Shown here: one piece after another, positions 27,848 through 38,496 of the stretch
Layout of the letters: the number at the start of each line of letters is the position of its first letter
Position numbering within the stretch: the first letter of the stretch is position 1
Source of the DNA: an uncultured Collinsella sp.
GTDB taxonomy: Bacteria; Actinomycetota; Coriobacteriia; Coriobacteriales; Coriobacteriaceae
Reading direction: 5' to 3'
DNA: 64,000 nucleotides
NCBI GenBank assembly: GCA_900542305.1
Contig: UQMU01000007.1
Coordinates: 7,579 to 71,578 of the forward strand
Translations under genes and position numbers: made by a program
Notes under the pieces: generated by a model
The model's database searches: none
What the model saw: only the letters and a program-made list of their open reading frames with translations
What the model was told of the DNA's origin: nothing

Positions 27848-28054
27848 TACCGCCACGTAGCATTCAGGGCATCTGGAATGGACGGCGGCTTGGCTACGAG
27901 CTGGAGCTGAAAAATCTGAACGGATGGGTGCCGTTGTTGGGAGCGCAGGCGTTGCTGGTGGCGATCACTTTGGGACTGGAATTTCCGCCTGCTAGTAAAA
28001 AGGCCTCCGGAGCTGTTGCTCTGGAGACCTTTCGTCTACTTGCAAATGCGCGCG

Positions 28055-29233
28055 TTAGTTGTTCTTGGTTAGACGCTCGACGTCGTGGGCGATCATGTAT
28101 TCCTCGTCTGTGGGGATGACCATGACCGTGACGGAAGAGCCGGCGGCGCTGATGACCTGCGGGCCGTTGCCCACGGCCTCACGGTTCTTGTTGTTGTCGA
28201 TACGCACGCCCAGCCACTCAAAGCAGTCGCAGAAGGCCTTACGGATCGACCAGTCGTTCTCGCCGATGCCGGCGGTAAAGGTGATGGTGTCCACGCCCGC
28301 CATGGAAGCGATCATGGAACCGGCCTGCTGCATAGCCTTGTAGGCGAACATATCGAAGGCGAGCAGGCAGCGCTCGTCGCCCTCGGAGGCGCGCGTGCGG
28401 ATATCGCGGGCGTCGTTGGAGATGCCCGAGATGGCAAGCAGACCAGACTGCTTGTTCATCATGTCATCGACTTCCTGGTAGCTGTAGCCGCCCTCGCGCT
28501 GCAGGTAGCACACGGTGGCCGGGTCGATGGAACCACAACGGGTGCCCATCATCAGGCCATCGAGCGGCGTGAGACCCATCGTGGTGTCGCGGCACACGCC
28601 GTCCTCGATAGCAGCGAGCGAAGCACCGTTGCCCAGATGGCACGAAAGCAGGCGGTGGCAGCGCGAACCCAGGATCTCCTTGGCCATCATCCACTCGTAG
28701 CGGTGGCTCGTACCGTGTGCGCCGTACTTGCGCACGTGGTACTTGTCGCACACGTCCTTGGGCAGCGCGTAGGTGTAGGCGACCTCGGGCATGGTCATGT
28801 GGAACGAGGTGTCGAAGACGGCCACATTGGGCAGCTCCGGATACTTCTCGCGGCAATACTCGATTGCCGCGGCCTCGCCGTAATTGTGCAGCGGAGCGAG
28901 CGGTGCCACCTCAAGGATCTTAGCCATGACCTCATCGTCGACGACCGCGGAATCATCGAAGTGCCAGCCGCCCTGAACGATACGATGGCCAATGCCATCA
29001 ATCGTAAAGTCGGTCTTCTCGAGCTCCTCGAGCACGCGAGCGATAGCAGAGCGATGATCGGGGAAAGGGACCTCCTCGGTCTGCTTGGCGCCACCGTTCT
29101 CGGAGTGGCCAAAGATGCCCATGTCCGAAGCGATACGTTCGCAGTTGCCCTTGGCGAAAACCTCTCGGGTATCGGTATCCAAAAGCTGATATTTAAGGCT
29201 TGAGCTGCCGGCGTTGACAACAAGTACGTTCAT
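28055..29233 (-). CDS. ackA: Acetate kinase family, paralog 2
   Basis: NAGSSSLK, GHRIV, APLHN, HGTSH, HLGNGAS, GLTPLDGLMMGTRCG, TDEE motifs. Confidence 0.92.
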   Translation of the reverse strand: MNVLVVNAGSSSLKYQLLDTDTREVFAKGNCERIASDMGIFGHSENGGAKQTEEVPFPDHRSAIARVLEELEKTDFTIDGIGHRIVQGGWHFDDSAVVDDEVMAKILEVAPLAPLHNYGEAAAIEYCREKYPELPNVAVFDTSFHMTMPEVAYTYALPKDVCDKYHVRKYGAHGTSHRYEWMMAKEILGSRCHRLLSCHLGNGASLAAIEDGVCRDTTMGLTPLDGLMMGTRCGSIDPATVCYLQREGGYSYQEVDDMMNKQSGLLAISGISNDARDIRTRASEGDERCLLAFDMFAYKAMQQAGSMIASMAGVDTITFTAGIGENDWSIRKAFCDCFEWLGVRIDNNKNREAVGNGPQVISAAGSSVTVMVIPTDEEYMIAHDVERLTKNN

Positions 29234-29397
29234 GAGACTCCTTTGCAGTGCAATACGGTCGACGCAGACCCCTTAAGGCGGCCGCATTTTAATAAGAAGT
29301 TATCACAACTTGATAAATAGCTATCAGTCATATCGCCCAACGAGCGCAAAAGAGGGGCCGAACGGCGCTCGGTCGTCCAGCCCCTCCCCTCTTGCAA

Positions 29398-30576
29398 TTA
29401 CTTGCCGTTGACGATGCGCTCGACGTCGGAGGCGATCATGAACTCCTCGTCCGTGGGGATGACGAAGATCTTGACCTTGGAATCCTTGGCAGACAGGCAC
29501 CAAGCGCCGTCGCCACGCAGGGCGTTGCGGGCATGATCCATCTTGACGCCCATAAAGGCCAGGCGGTCGGCAACGCCGGCGCGGACCGCCGGAGCGTGCT
29601 CGCCGATGCCGGCAGTAAAGACAAGGGTGTCCATACCGCACATAGAAGTAGCCATCTCGGCAGCCTTGGCGGCAATCTTGTAGACAAACATGTCGAAGGC
29701 GAGCTGAGCATCGGGGTCACCAGCGGCGGCGAGCTCCTCGACGTTGCGGCAGTCGTTGGTCTTGCCGCCGGTCACAGCCAAAAGGCCGGACTTCTTGTTC
29801 ATCATCTCGTCGACCTCGTCGAAGGTGTAGCCACCCTCGCGCTGCAGGTAGCACACGGTAGCCGGGTCGATGGAGCCACAGCGGGTGCCCATCATGACGC
29901 CGTCGAGCGGCGTCAAGCCCATGGTGGTATCCATGCACTTGCCGTCCTCGATGGCGCACAGGGAAGCGCCGGAGCCGATGTGGCACACGACGACCTTGCG
30001 GGCCTCGCCGTTGGTCATCTCGGCGACCTTCTTGGAGATGTAGCGATAGCTGGTGCCGTGAGCGCCATACTTACGGATGTGCAGCTTGTCGCAAACATCC
30101 TTGGGAAGGGCGTAGGTCTTGGCGACCTCGGGCATGTTGAAGTGGAAAGCGGTGTCGTAGACCGTGACGTTGGGCAGATCGGGATACTGCTCCAGGCAGT
30201 ACTCGATAACGTTGGCCTCGGGGTTGTTGTGCAGCGGCGCCAGCGGGGCGACCTCGCGAATCTTGGCGAGGACGTCCTCGTCGACGAGGGAGGAATCACC
30301 AAAGTACCAACCGCCCTGAACGATACGGTGACCAATGCCCTCGATCTTGACGCCGTTGGCCTCAAGGTCCTTCAGGACGACCTCGATGGCGACCTTGTGG
30401 TCGGGGAACTCGATGTTCTCGGTCACCTTCTTGGAACCGTTGGCAGCGTGGGTGAAGGTACCGCCGGTAAAGCAGACGCGCTCGCAGGAGCCCTTTGCGG
30501 ACACCTTGTGGGACTTGGTATCGATGACCTGATACTTAAGGGTCGAAGATCCTGCGTTGACGACCAGAACGTTCAT
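29398..30576 (-). CDS. ackA: Acetate kinase family, paralog 1
   Basis: Same motif set with variants (HGTSY, HIGSGAS, GIGEH). Confidence 0.92.
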   Translation of the reverse strand: MNVLVVNAGSSTLKYQVIDTKSHKVSAKGSCERVCFTGGTFTHAANGSKKVTENIEFPDHKVAIEVVLKDLEANGVKIEGIGHRIVQGGWYFGDSSLVDEDVLAKIREVAPLAPLHNNPEANVIEYCLEQYPDLPNVTVYDTAFHFNMPEVAKTYALPKDVCDKLHIRKYGAHGTSYRYISKKVAEMTNGEARKVVVCHIGSGASLCAIEDGKCMDTTMGLTPLDGVMMGTRCGSIDPATVCYLQREGGYTFDEVDEMMNKKSGLLAVTGGKTNDCRNVEELAAAGDPDAQLAFDMFVYKIAAKAAEMATSMCGMDTLVFTAGIGEHAPAVRAGVADRLAFMGVKMDHARNALRGDGAWCLSAKDSKVKIFVIPTDEEFMIASDVERIVNGK

Positions 30577-30678
30577 GTGTCTCCCTACTAACAGGCGGTG
30601 TGGCGCCGCCAGGTTACATACGCTTCAATAATAAACCCAAACGCCCTCGCGCTCGGGTTTATTGCGTTGATATATAAG

Positions 30679-31857
30679 TTATCGGTGCCCAAATACTAAC
30701 GGCCTTTGACTTGTAAGACGAAATAGCGCAGGGATATACACCAGGGCAGAAATCCCGAGCGCAACAAGCAATACGACTCGAATGCCCGCAACGCTACTCA
30801 ACACAGCGTTGAGCAGATAGAAAAGAACGGCACCCACCGCCACCATCTGGCTTTGAACCGAAATCAGTGAACAGCGCATCGAAGAATCGGCAGCATTTTG
30901 AAAAACTGAGTATTTGATTGGGGCAAACAACGAGTACGCAACCGTCTGCAGCACATAGAACACGGGCAGCAAATTAGCCGGAGTAAGGGGAATCAAAAAC
31001 AAAGCTGTCAATACTAAGCGAATGATGCCGCATATACACGCAAAACGGCCCTTGTCGACACGAGTAATCGCACTGGGCACAATAAACCCTATGGAGGCCG
31101 AGGCAAGGAGCTGGACCGCAATGGTCACACCCGAAGCGACGGCATTCATTCCGCGACCCGCAAGCAGCAGTGAGAAAAAGTCTTCCAGGGCGACAAAAGC
31201 AAATGCCTGAGAACAGTCCATGATGAACGCTGAACGAAGAATGCCATTACACGCAATAGCGGCACCGATCATCTTCGGGCTAATTCCACGCTCAGGTGTC
31301 CCCGCAGTGCTCCCTCTTTGCATCTCAGGAATGCAGACAACGACAACCAACGTCAACACCATTGCGATGATATCTGCCGAAAGACCAATGAGATATGCAC
31401 CGACAGACGAAATGAAACCGCCCACGCAAGCGGAGATGGCATAAGAGGCATAGAAAACAAATCGCTCAACGACATTAAGTCTTACGAGCTGGTCCTGAGA
31501 GACGCTGTCAATGTAAATCGCTTCGATGGATCCGCTCACACATGCAACGGCAAAACCTTTAAGAGCAAACGCACCGATTAAAAGCAGAGGAGAACGGACG
31601 AGAAGCAGGGCGGCGTAGTATCCAAGCATTCCCACGACGCCAACGAGGCCGCTTGTCTTTCGTCCAAACCTATCAGCAATATAGCCAGTGGGAACTTCAA
31701 GGATGAACTTGCTCACTTGATATGCAATCATCATGCTAGAAATCGCCACCATCGAGAATCCGACGAATTCAAGGTAAACCGTCAGAAAATACAAGATGGT
31801 GCTGAAGTTCGACAGAAAAACGAACGTCATATAAAGCAAAACCGTACGGTTTTTCAT
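30679..31857 (-). CDS. MFS transporter
   Basis: LEVPTGYIADRFGRK motif A, ~12 TM segments; visibly lower GC than flanks. Confidence 0.88.
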   Translation of the reverse strand: MKNRTVLLYMTFVFLSNFSTILYFLTVYLEFVGFSMVAISSMMIAYQVSKFILEVPTGYIADRFGRKTSGLVGVVGMLGYYAALLLVRSPLLLIGAFALKGFAVACVSGSIEAIYIDSVSQDQLVRLNVVERFVFYASYAISACVGGFISSVGAYLIGLSADIIAMVLTLVVVVCIPEMQRGSTAGTPERGISPKMIGAAIACNGILRSAFIMDCSQAFAFVALEDFFSLLLAGRGMNAVASGVTIAVQLLASASIGFIVPSAITRVDKGRFACICGIIRLVLTALFLIPLTPANLLPVFYVLQTVAYSLFAPIKYSVFQNAADSSMRCSLISVQSQMVAVGAVLFYLLNAVLSSVAGIRVVLLVALGISALVYIPALFRLTSQRPLVFGHR

Positions 31858-31976
31858 ACTCCGCCCTCCAAGAACCAATAACCCAAGCCGAAATCTTGGA
31901 AAAGCATGAAGGCAAAGCCGTCAGTCATGTGTTACAAGGCGTCAACATTCACTTGACGCCACGAGGCCAAATGGCC

Positions 31977-32867
31977 TCACGAAGCGAGATGACGCAATAG
32001 GTGAAGAAATACCGTCTGGTGTCGATCGGTCCAGGCATTTTGTCGATAGCAAAAGTAGATGGGCAAGGCTACGTCATGCGAGCCTTCAATGGAGCACTCG
32101 CTCACTTCCAGTCCATCTGATGCGAGAGAAGAGCCAGAAAAACTCAATATCAATCCCCCGGCCTGAAGAAACTCAGCCTGTGCCCTGTTTCCGTATTCGA
32201 CATCGCGAAAGCGGAAATTAACCAGCTGAGCTTCAGGACATTGATTGATTGCATTGAGACAGGGTGACAAGTTAATTGGAACAGCGAGCCTGCCGCCCAG
32301 TAACTCACGGATGGTCATAGCGTCAACAGATTGATGACCTGCTGGGCATGAAAGAACCTTGAGCTCCTTTTCACCCAAATATTTTGAAGAAAGGACACTG
32401 TCCCTTGGTTCCTCAAATGAGATGGCCGCATCCGAAATGCCAAGCACAAGTGATTCAAAGCATGTAGCCGTTGGCTGATGCCACACATCAAGGTGAATCT
32501 GAGGGTGCGAGCTTTCAAACGAATCATACCAGTTTTCGGCAAAAAGGCGCCCCCGCCCATGAAGGCAGGGGGCGTAAAGACGGAAATGGCCGTCAGGCGA
32601 GACGCCGTCGTCCCTCGATTGAGCGTACTTTTTGAGATCGTCGACTTGTGCCAGGATCACGCGTGCACGACGTGCAAATTCTCTGCCCGCCGGAGACAAA
32701 ACAGCCTCCCCCGCCGATCGGTTGAGCAAAACGATCTGATACTCAGACTCCAGTTTCTTAATTGCCGACGAGACAGCCTGTGGGCTCACGTGAACGGCGC
32801 GAGCCGCTTTGCGCACGCCGCCGTAGTTCGCTACCGCTTGAAGGTATTCGAGTTGAGAAAACTGCAT
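31977..32867 (-). CDS. LysR-family transcriptional regulator
   Basis: N-terminal HTH (RKAARAVHVSPQAVSSAIKKLE...LLNR); divergent effector domain. Confidence 0.85.
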   Translation of the reverse strand: MQFSQLEYLQAVANYGGVRKAARAVHVSPQAVSSAIKKLESEYQIVLLNRSAGEAVLSPAGREFARRARVILAQVDDLKKYAQSRDDGVSPDGHFRLYAPCLHGRGRLFAENWYDSFESSHPQIHLDVWHQPTATCFESLVLGISDAAISFEEPRDSVLSSKYLGEKELKVLSCPAGHQSVDAMTIRELLGGRLAVPINLSPCLNAINQCPEAQLVNFRFRDVEYGNRAQAEFLQAGGLILSFSGSSLASDGLEVSECSIEGSHDVALPIYFCYRQNAWTDRHQTVFLHLLRHLAS

Positions 32868-32908
32868 AGGTTACTCCAAAGGCAGCCAAGGCGACGGGCC
32901 GTGCGTCC

Positions 32909-33244
32909 TCAGATGAGGTTCTCGCCCAGGTTTTTGCCGCCGAGGACGTGCATGTGGAAGTGCATGACGGTCTGACCGGCGTTGACGCCCTTGTTGGAGA
33001 TGACGCGGAAACCGTCCTCCAGACCCTTGGCCTTGGCGACCTCCTGGATGGCGTGGGCCATGGCGCCCATGGTCTCGGCGGGCACGTTATCGGCGATGTC
33101 ACTGTAGTGCTTCTTGGGGATCACGAGCGTGTGGACCGGCGCCTGGGGATTGAGGTCGTCGAACGCGATGACCTGGTCATCCTCGTAGACGACGGTCGAG
33201 GGGATCTCGTGGTTGGCAATTTTGCAGAAGATGCAATCACACAT
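32909..33244 (-). CDS. Histidine triad (HIT) nucleotide-binding protein
   Basis: CIFCKI, AGQTVMHFHMHVLGG motifs. Confidence 0.95.
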   Translation of the reverse strand: MCDCIFCKIANHEIPSTVVYEDDQVIAFDDLNPQAPVHTLVIPKKHYSDIADNVPAETMGAMAHAIQEVAKAKGLEDGFRVISNKGVNAGQTVMHFHMHVLGGKNLGENLI

Positions 33245-33293
33245 GGTTGGTTCCTTTCTCACAGACCAAGGTAATTATATTTGGTCGGGATGG

Positions 33294-33560
33294 TTAGAAC
33301 GAAAGGTTGTCGTCGGTGTTGGCGGCTTCGCCGTCGGCGAGCACGTCGTTGCCGTCGACGTCCTTCAGGAGCACCGAGACCTTCTGCTCGGCATCGGACA
33401 AGCGGGTACGCAGGCTCTTGAGGAGCTCGACGCCGCGGGTATAGCTCTCAAGCGACTCCTCGAGCTCCATATCACCCGACTCCAAGCTGCGGATGATGAG
33501 CTCCAACTCCTGTGAAGCCTGCTTGTACGTAAGCTGCTCGACCGGGGTCTTCTCTGCCAT
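33294..33560 (-). CDS. xseB: Exodeoxyribonuclease VII small subunit
   Basis: LESGDMELEESLESYTRG; follows xseA. Confidence 0.92.
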   Translation of the reverse strand: MAEKTPVEQLTYKQASQELELIIRSLESGDMELEESLESYTRGVELLKSLRTRLSDAEQKVSVLLKDVDGNDVLADGEAANTDDNLSF

Positions 33561-33602
33561 ATCTGTTTCCTTTCCTAAAGGTTTATCGCTATGAAACGCG
33601 GC

Positions 33603-35054
33603 CTACTCGACCGTATTGACCGTTGCTGCCACGTTGCCGTCTGCCATGCGCACGCGAATGGCGTCGCCCGGCTTAAAGGTCTTGGCACTTGTAGCCACGC
33701 CGTCAACGCTGTACGCGATGGAATAGCCGCGGGCAAGCACCTTGAGCGGCGACAGGGCATCGAGCGAAGCCGCTGCACGGCCCAGGTCGGACGCTGGCTT
33801 GTTGAGCATCGTGCGCCCCTGATGCTCCAGGCGGGAGCTTGCGAGCGTGAGCGCATGGCGCTTGCCATCGAGTCCTGAGGTGCTTGCGATCAAGCGCTCG
33901 GGCAGACGCTCAAAGTTGGAGCGGAATGCCCCAACCGAACGCGTTATGGCGCCGGACAAACGATCGGCCGTCAGGGCAAGCTCAGACTCGCGACGCTCAA
34001 CCATAAACGTTGGGTCGTTGAGGCACGGGCGGCACGCAGCCGCATCGAGCGCATCGCCCAAGCGAGCCGTATAGGTATCCCAGGCACGGCGACCGCGCTG
34101 ATCGAGCATCTCCAGGTCGACCTGGGCCGACCCAATCATCGATGCCATCGCGGCACCCAGACGCTGATAGCGCGCCTCGAGCACATCGGCCAACTCCGTC
34201 ATAGCCGGCGCCACCGATTCGGCCGCCGCCGTAGGCGTGGAGGCGCGACGGTCGCTCACCATGTCGCAGATCGAGGTATCGGGCTCATGGCCAATGCCCG
34301 TCACCACAGGCACGGGACAGGCTGCCACCGCACGGGCAAGCTCCTCGTCGTTAAAGGTCATGAGGTCCTCGAAGGAACCGCCGCCACGCACGAGCAAAAT
34401 GCAATCGGGCGCCGGCGTAATGGCAGCGGCGCGGCGCAAGCCTTCAATAAGCTCTGTCGGCGCACCCTCGCCCTGGACCTTTGCGCCCACGCAGGCGAGC
34501 TCGACGAGCGGGTTGCGTCGGCGCAGCGTACGCTTGACGTCGTCGATTACCGCACCGGAAAGCGAGGTGACAACCGCCACGCGTGAGCAGAACACCGGGA
34601 TGCGGCGTTTGCGCGCTTCGTCCATCAGGCCCTCGCGGCGTAGCTTTTCGGCCAGTTGCGCCACTTGTTGACGCAGCAGACCCTCCCCCGCCAGCGAAAA
34701 CGAGCGAGCGACAAAGCTCATACGACCCGTGGGCTTATAGAGGTTGAAGCTGCCCTTAAAGCTCACCTGCATGCCGTCACGCAGATCGAAGGTACGCTTG
34801 AGATAGGCGCCCTTCCAGATGATGCAGTCGACGGCGGCCGAGTCGTCTTTAATCTGGAAGTAGCAGTGGCCGCTTCGGGCGTTGGGACCACGGAAACCCG
34901 TGACCTCGCCCAGGACACTCAGCTGCGGAATGGCATCGAGCGCACCAGCGGCGATCTCCACCGCCTGGCTCACGCTGAGCTCCTTGCGCTCCTGCTCATC
35001 CGAACCGTCAAACTCGGCGGAAACGGCATTGCCGGTTAGATTCCAGCCTGCCAC
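33603..35054 (-). CDS. xseA: Exodeoxyribonuclease VII large subunit
   Basis: SGHCYF, RGGGSFEDL, GIGHEPD, TPTAAAE, SPLKVLARGY motifs; GTG start after AAAGGAGG. Confidence 0.95.
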   Translation of the reverse strand: MAGWNLTGNAVSAEFDGSDEQERKELSVSQAVEIAAGALDAIPQLSVLGEVTGFRGPNARSGHCYFQIKDDSAAVDCIIWKGAYLKRTFDLRDGMQVSFKGSFNLYKPTGRMSFVARSFSLAGEGLLRQQVAQLAEKLRREGLMDEARKRRIPVFCSRVAVVTSLSGAVIDDVKRTLRRRNPLVELACVGAKVQGEGAPTELIEGLRRAAAITPAPDCILLVRGGGSFEDLMTFNDEELARAVAACPVPVVTGIGHEPDTSICDMVSDRRASTPTAAAESVAPAMTELADVLEARYQRLGAAMASMIGSAQVDLEMLDQRGRRAWDTYTARLGDALDAAACRPCLNDPTFMVERRESELALTADRLSGAITRSVGAFRSNFERLPERLIASTSGLDGKRHALTLASSRLEHQGRTMLNKPASDLGRAAASLDALSPLKVLARGYSIAYSVDGVATSAKTFKPGDAIRVRMADGNVAATVNTVE

Positions 35055-35169
35055 GCAGCCTCCTTTCGCCATCGTGCACAGAGGCTCCGGCCCTGCGCAA
35101 ATTCAAGTCCAACACATAGTACAGCGCCGCGGGGACACGAATCCCCGCGGCGCCTGCTTGTCCCATTTG

Positions 35170-35874
35170 TTATCGGTTGGAGTTTCTGTTGTAGCGAGCC
35201 ATAAGATAGAGCAGCTGAATAATCGAGGTGAGCGCAGCGGCAACATAGGTAAGCGCGGCGGCCGTCAGCACCTTCTTGGCACCGTTGACCTGCTTGGAAC
35301 TCATACCCGACTGCTCGATGTACGCCACGGCGCGTCGGCTGGCGTCAATCTCGACAGGCAGCGTAACGAGTTGGAACAGCACACTAAACGAGAAGAAGAT
35401 CAACGCGAGGGATGTGAGCCCGGCAATGTTCATAAACAGGCCCAAGAGCAACACGATGGTCCAGGTGTTCTGGGTAAAGTTGACGACCGGCACGAGGGCG
35501 GTACGTACTTTCATCATGGCATAGCCGCTTTGACGCTGGGCGGCATGGCCCGCCTCGTGGCAGGCGACGGCAACGCTTGCGACCGAACCGCCCGAACGGT
35601 TGGCATCCGACAGATACAGGTTGTTATCCTGCGGGTTGTAATGGTCGGTGAGCTCACCGGCGACACCCTTGATACCCACGGCATTGCAACCGTTGGCGTC
35701 AAGCATGCGGCGAGCAACCGTGGCGCCCGTGTCGCCGTCCGAGCGAACCTTGGACCAGGTCTTGTACGTCGAATTGATATAGCTCTGCGCAGCAAGGCCA
35801 AGCACTGTACAAACAAGAACAACCAGCAGGTACAGCGGGTCGATACCAAAGCCGTAACCATAGTAATAGGGCAT
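35170..35874 (-). CDS. Putative neutral zinc metallopeptidase (YugP-like membrane protein)
   Basis: LTDHYNP, ACHEAGHAAQ, TLPVEIDASRRA, AALTYVAAA motifs. Confidence 0.9.
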   Translation of the reverse strand: MPYYYGYGFGIDPLYLLVVLVCTVLGLAAQSYINSTYKTWSKVRSDGDTGATVARRMLDANGCNAVGIKGVAGELTDHYNPQDNNLYLSDANRSGGSVASVAVACHEAGHAAQRQSGYAMMKVRTALVPVVNFTQNTWTIVLLLGLFMNIAGLTSLALIFFSFSVLFQLVTLPVEIDASRRAVAYIEQSGMSSKQVNGAKKVLTAAALTYVAAALTSIIQLLYLMARYNRNSNR

Positions 35875-35938
35875 GCGAATTCCTCCGAATCGAGTTACAC
35901 GTTGGAGGCATTTTACCCACTCAGCCGGCTAGGCTTCC

Positions 35939-37072
35939 CTATAACAGTTCAATCTTTCCGTCCTTCACGGTGAGTCCCATATTGCCGGAGAGCAGATCGT
36001 CCAGGCGCGAGCCCACAAGCTCAAAGCGCCAGCCTTCGCGCAGGGGGCTCTGCTCGGGGTGGTCAATATAGTCGGCCAGGTCATCGCGCGAGGCAATGAC
36101 CGAGGTCGCCACGCCCGAGCGCTCGGCAACCAGGCGGATGAGCGCGTACATGAGATCCGTCACGCTCTCCAGCTCCGGAGAGATCTGGCGATGCCCGCGC
36201 ACCATGAGCGGCAGGCGATCGTGCGGGCAGCTTGCGCCGCGCTTGATGGCTATGAGCGCGCCGTCCACATCGCGCTCACCCAACTGATCGGTACCGCGAA
36301 TGCTACGGAACTCCTCAACGCGCACGGGATTGCGCTTAACGAGCGCAAGCAGCGTGTCATCGGACATGACCCACTTGCGCGGGATGTTACGGCGCTCGGC
36401 GCGGTCCTCGCGCCAGGCGGCGAGCTCGCGCGCGATGCCCAACTGGTGACGGCTGCACGAATTGATGCGTTTGACCTTGCGGAACGCCTCGTGGCGATCG
36501 GCGCGATAGTGCGACTCGTCAGCCAGCGGGCGCAGCTCGTCGAGCACCCAGTCCACACGGCCCAGCTCGCGCAGGCGGCTCATCATCTCGGTATAGGCGA
36601 CGATCAGGTACTTGACGTCATCGATCGCATACTCGATCTGTTTATCGGTCAGCGGGCGGCGCGACCAGTCGGTCAGCGACTCGGTCTTGGGCAGCGATAC
36701 ACCGCAGAACGTCTGAACAAGCGCGCCATACGAAATCTGCTGGCGCTCGCCCAAAAAGGCGGCGGCCACCTGCGTGTCAAAAATCGGACGCGGCAGCACG
36801 CCTACGGTATGGAGCATGACCTCCATATCCTGCGAGCACGCGTGAAAGACCTTGGTCACGCTCTCGTCGGCCATAAGCTCGGCCAGCGGCGATAGGTCGT
36901 CGATTACCAGGGGATCGACCGCTACGCTCTCGGCAGGGGTGGCAATCTGAACCAAACACAGACGCGGATGGAACGTGCGCTCGCGCAAAAACTCGGTATC
37001 GACGGCAATCGCGTCGAACTCACGGGCGCGCTGGCAAAAGTCGAGTAGAGCCTGATGTGTGGAAATGTACAT
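35939..37072 (-). CDS. rnd: Ribonuclease D
   Basis: DTEFLRERTF, HACSQD, FDTQVAA, DWSRRPL motifs; HRDC domain. Confidence 0.93.
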   Translation of the reverse strand: MYISTHQALLDFCQRAREFDAIAVDTEFLRERTFHPRLCLVQIATPAESVAVDPLVIDDLSPLAELMADESVTKVFHACSQDMEVMLHTVGVLPRPIFDTQVAAAFLGERQQISYGALVQTFCGVSLPKTESLTDWSRRPLTDKQIEYAIDDVKYLIVAYTEMMSRLRELGRVDWVLDELRPLADESHYRADRHEAFRKVKRINSCSRHQLGIARELAAWREDRAERRNIPRKWVMSDDTLLALVKRNPVRVEEFRSIRGTDQLGERDVDGALIAIKRGASCPHDRLPLMVRGHRQISPELESVTDLMYALIRLVAERSGVATSVIASRDDLADYIDHPEQSPLREGWRFELVGSRLDDLLSGNMGLTVKDGKIELL

Positions 37073-37170
37073 ATCAACCCATCGAATAAGGTTAGGCCCG
37101 AAAAACACGGGTAGGATATCGGCATTGCCTTACAACTATACTCGGTTAGTCACAGAACGGGAACGTAAGT

Positions 37171-38088
37171 ATGCGCTGCCTTATCATCCACAACCCGGCA
37201 TCGGGCCCCAGCTCAGATGAAATCTTCGCATTCACGCACGCCCTTGCACAGGGCGGCGACGAGGTCGTGATGCGCTTTATCGGCGATGGCATGGAACCCG
37301 AGGACGCCGTGGCAGACGTGCGCGAGTTTGACCGCGTGGTCGTTTCGGGCGGCGACGGCACTGTCTCCAACGTGCTCGACCAGATGCGCGGATGCGGTGT
37401 CCCCACGCTCGTCTTCCCCTCCGGTACGGCCTGCCTGTTCTTCAACAACATCGGTAATGCCCCCGAGGCAGCGGCGCTTGCCAAGGCTTGCCGTGCCGGT
37501 CGCACGGTCAAAGTCGACATGGGCGAGCTCTTTTGGCTCGACGAGAACGGCAACGAGAAGCGCCACGGCTTCATCATCATCGCCGGCTCGGGTTTCGACG
37601 CCGAAATCATGATGAAGGCCGCCCCCACCAAAAACGACATCGGCGAGATCGCCTACTTCCTCTCTGCGCTCGCCACGCCCAACCCTACGGTAGCGCACTT
37701 TACGATTGAGCATGACGGCATTGTCGAGGAGCTCGACGGCATCTGCTGCATGGCCGGCAACACCTCGGTCATCCAAAACGACATCAACCTGTTCCCCGAC
37801 TGCCGCATGAACGATGGCATGGTCGACATTGCGGTCATCGAACCCGTGCGCACCGTGCAGCTGCTGCCTACTGTGATCACCGCTGCGCTTGACCCCGCCG
37901 GCAAGGTACTCGGGCGCCCGCAGTTCAAGATCATCCAGACCAAGGAAGCCAAGATCACCTGCACCCCGTCGCTGGGCATGCAGTTCGATGGCGAGATTAT
38001 CTCCAGCAATTCGGGCGTCTTTGGAGCCCGCGCGCTTCCGCAATGCCTCGACCTCATCGTCGACGAATTCTCCCCGCTCGGAAAATAG
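37171..38088 (+). CDS. Diacylglycerol/lipid kinase family protein
   Basis: NPASG, GGDGTV, PSGTA, GSGFDA, QFDGE motifs. Confidence 0.88.
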   Translation: MRCLIIHNPASGPSSDEIFAFTHALAQGGDEVVMRFIGDGMEPEDAVADVREFDRVVVSGGDGTVSNVLDQMRGCGVPTLVFPSGTACLFFNNIGNAPEAAALAKACRAGRTVKVDMGELFWLDENGNEKRHGFIIIAGSGFDAEIMMKAAPTKNDIGEIAYFLSALATPNPTVAHFTIEHDGIVEELDGICCMAGNTSVIQNDINLFPDCRMNDGMVDIAVIEPVRTVQLLPTVITAALDPAGKVLGRPQFKIIQTKEAKITCTPSLGMQFDGEIISSNSGVFGARALPQCLDLIVDEFSPLGK

Positions 38089-38097
38089 GAGGACCCT

Positions 38098-38190
38098 ATG
38101 AACGACAATCCCCTGCTCGGCTTTATCATCATCGTTTTGGCCATGCTCGTCGGCTATGCGATCAACGTGATCCACCGCCGGAAGAAGTAA
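38098..38190 (+). CDS. 30-aa small single-TM protein (MNDNPLLGFIIIVLAMLVGYAINVIHRRKK)
   Basis: AGGAGG RBS overlapping the upstream stop; hydrophobic helix with basic tail; below the ORF-track length cutoff. Confidence 0.65.
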   Translation: MNDNPLLGFIIIVLAMLVGYAINVIHRRKK

Positions 38191-38496
38191 TTCCACATTG
38201 GTATGATATTCATCCAATTATCGTCTCCCCTGCTGTTTATGCATTTGCCAAACAGCAGGGGATTTTCATTTCAGGCATTCCCAGCTACTTTATTCGGCTA
38301 CAGTAATTACAGGGCGTCTTTATTAAAGTAAAGCTACAAACTGAGTACAATTAACCGCTCGTCGCATATTTCATCACGCTTATCGAGTAAGTGTCTTTCA
38401 TAGATGAATATTGTTTCCAGTTCGTTACGCTAATGGGGTGTCTTTATTGGCTGAAGCCCTCTGGCGACAGAGGGCTTTCGCACGCTGGGAGGGAAA

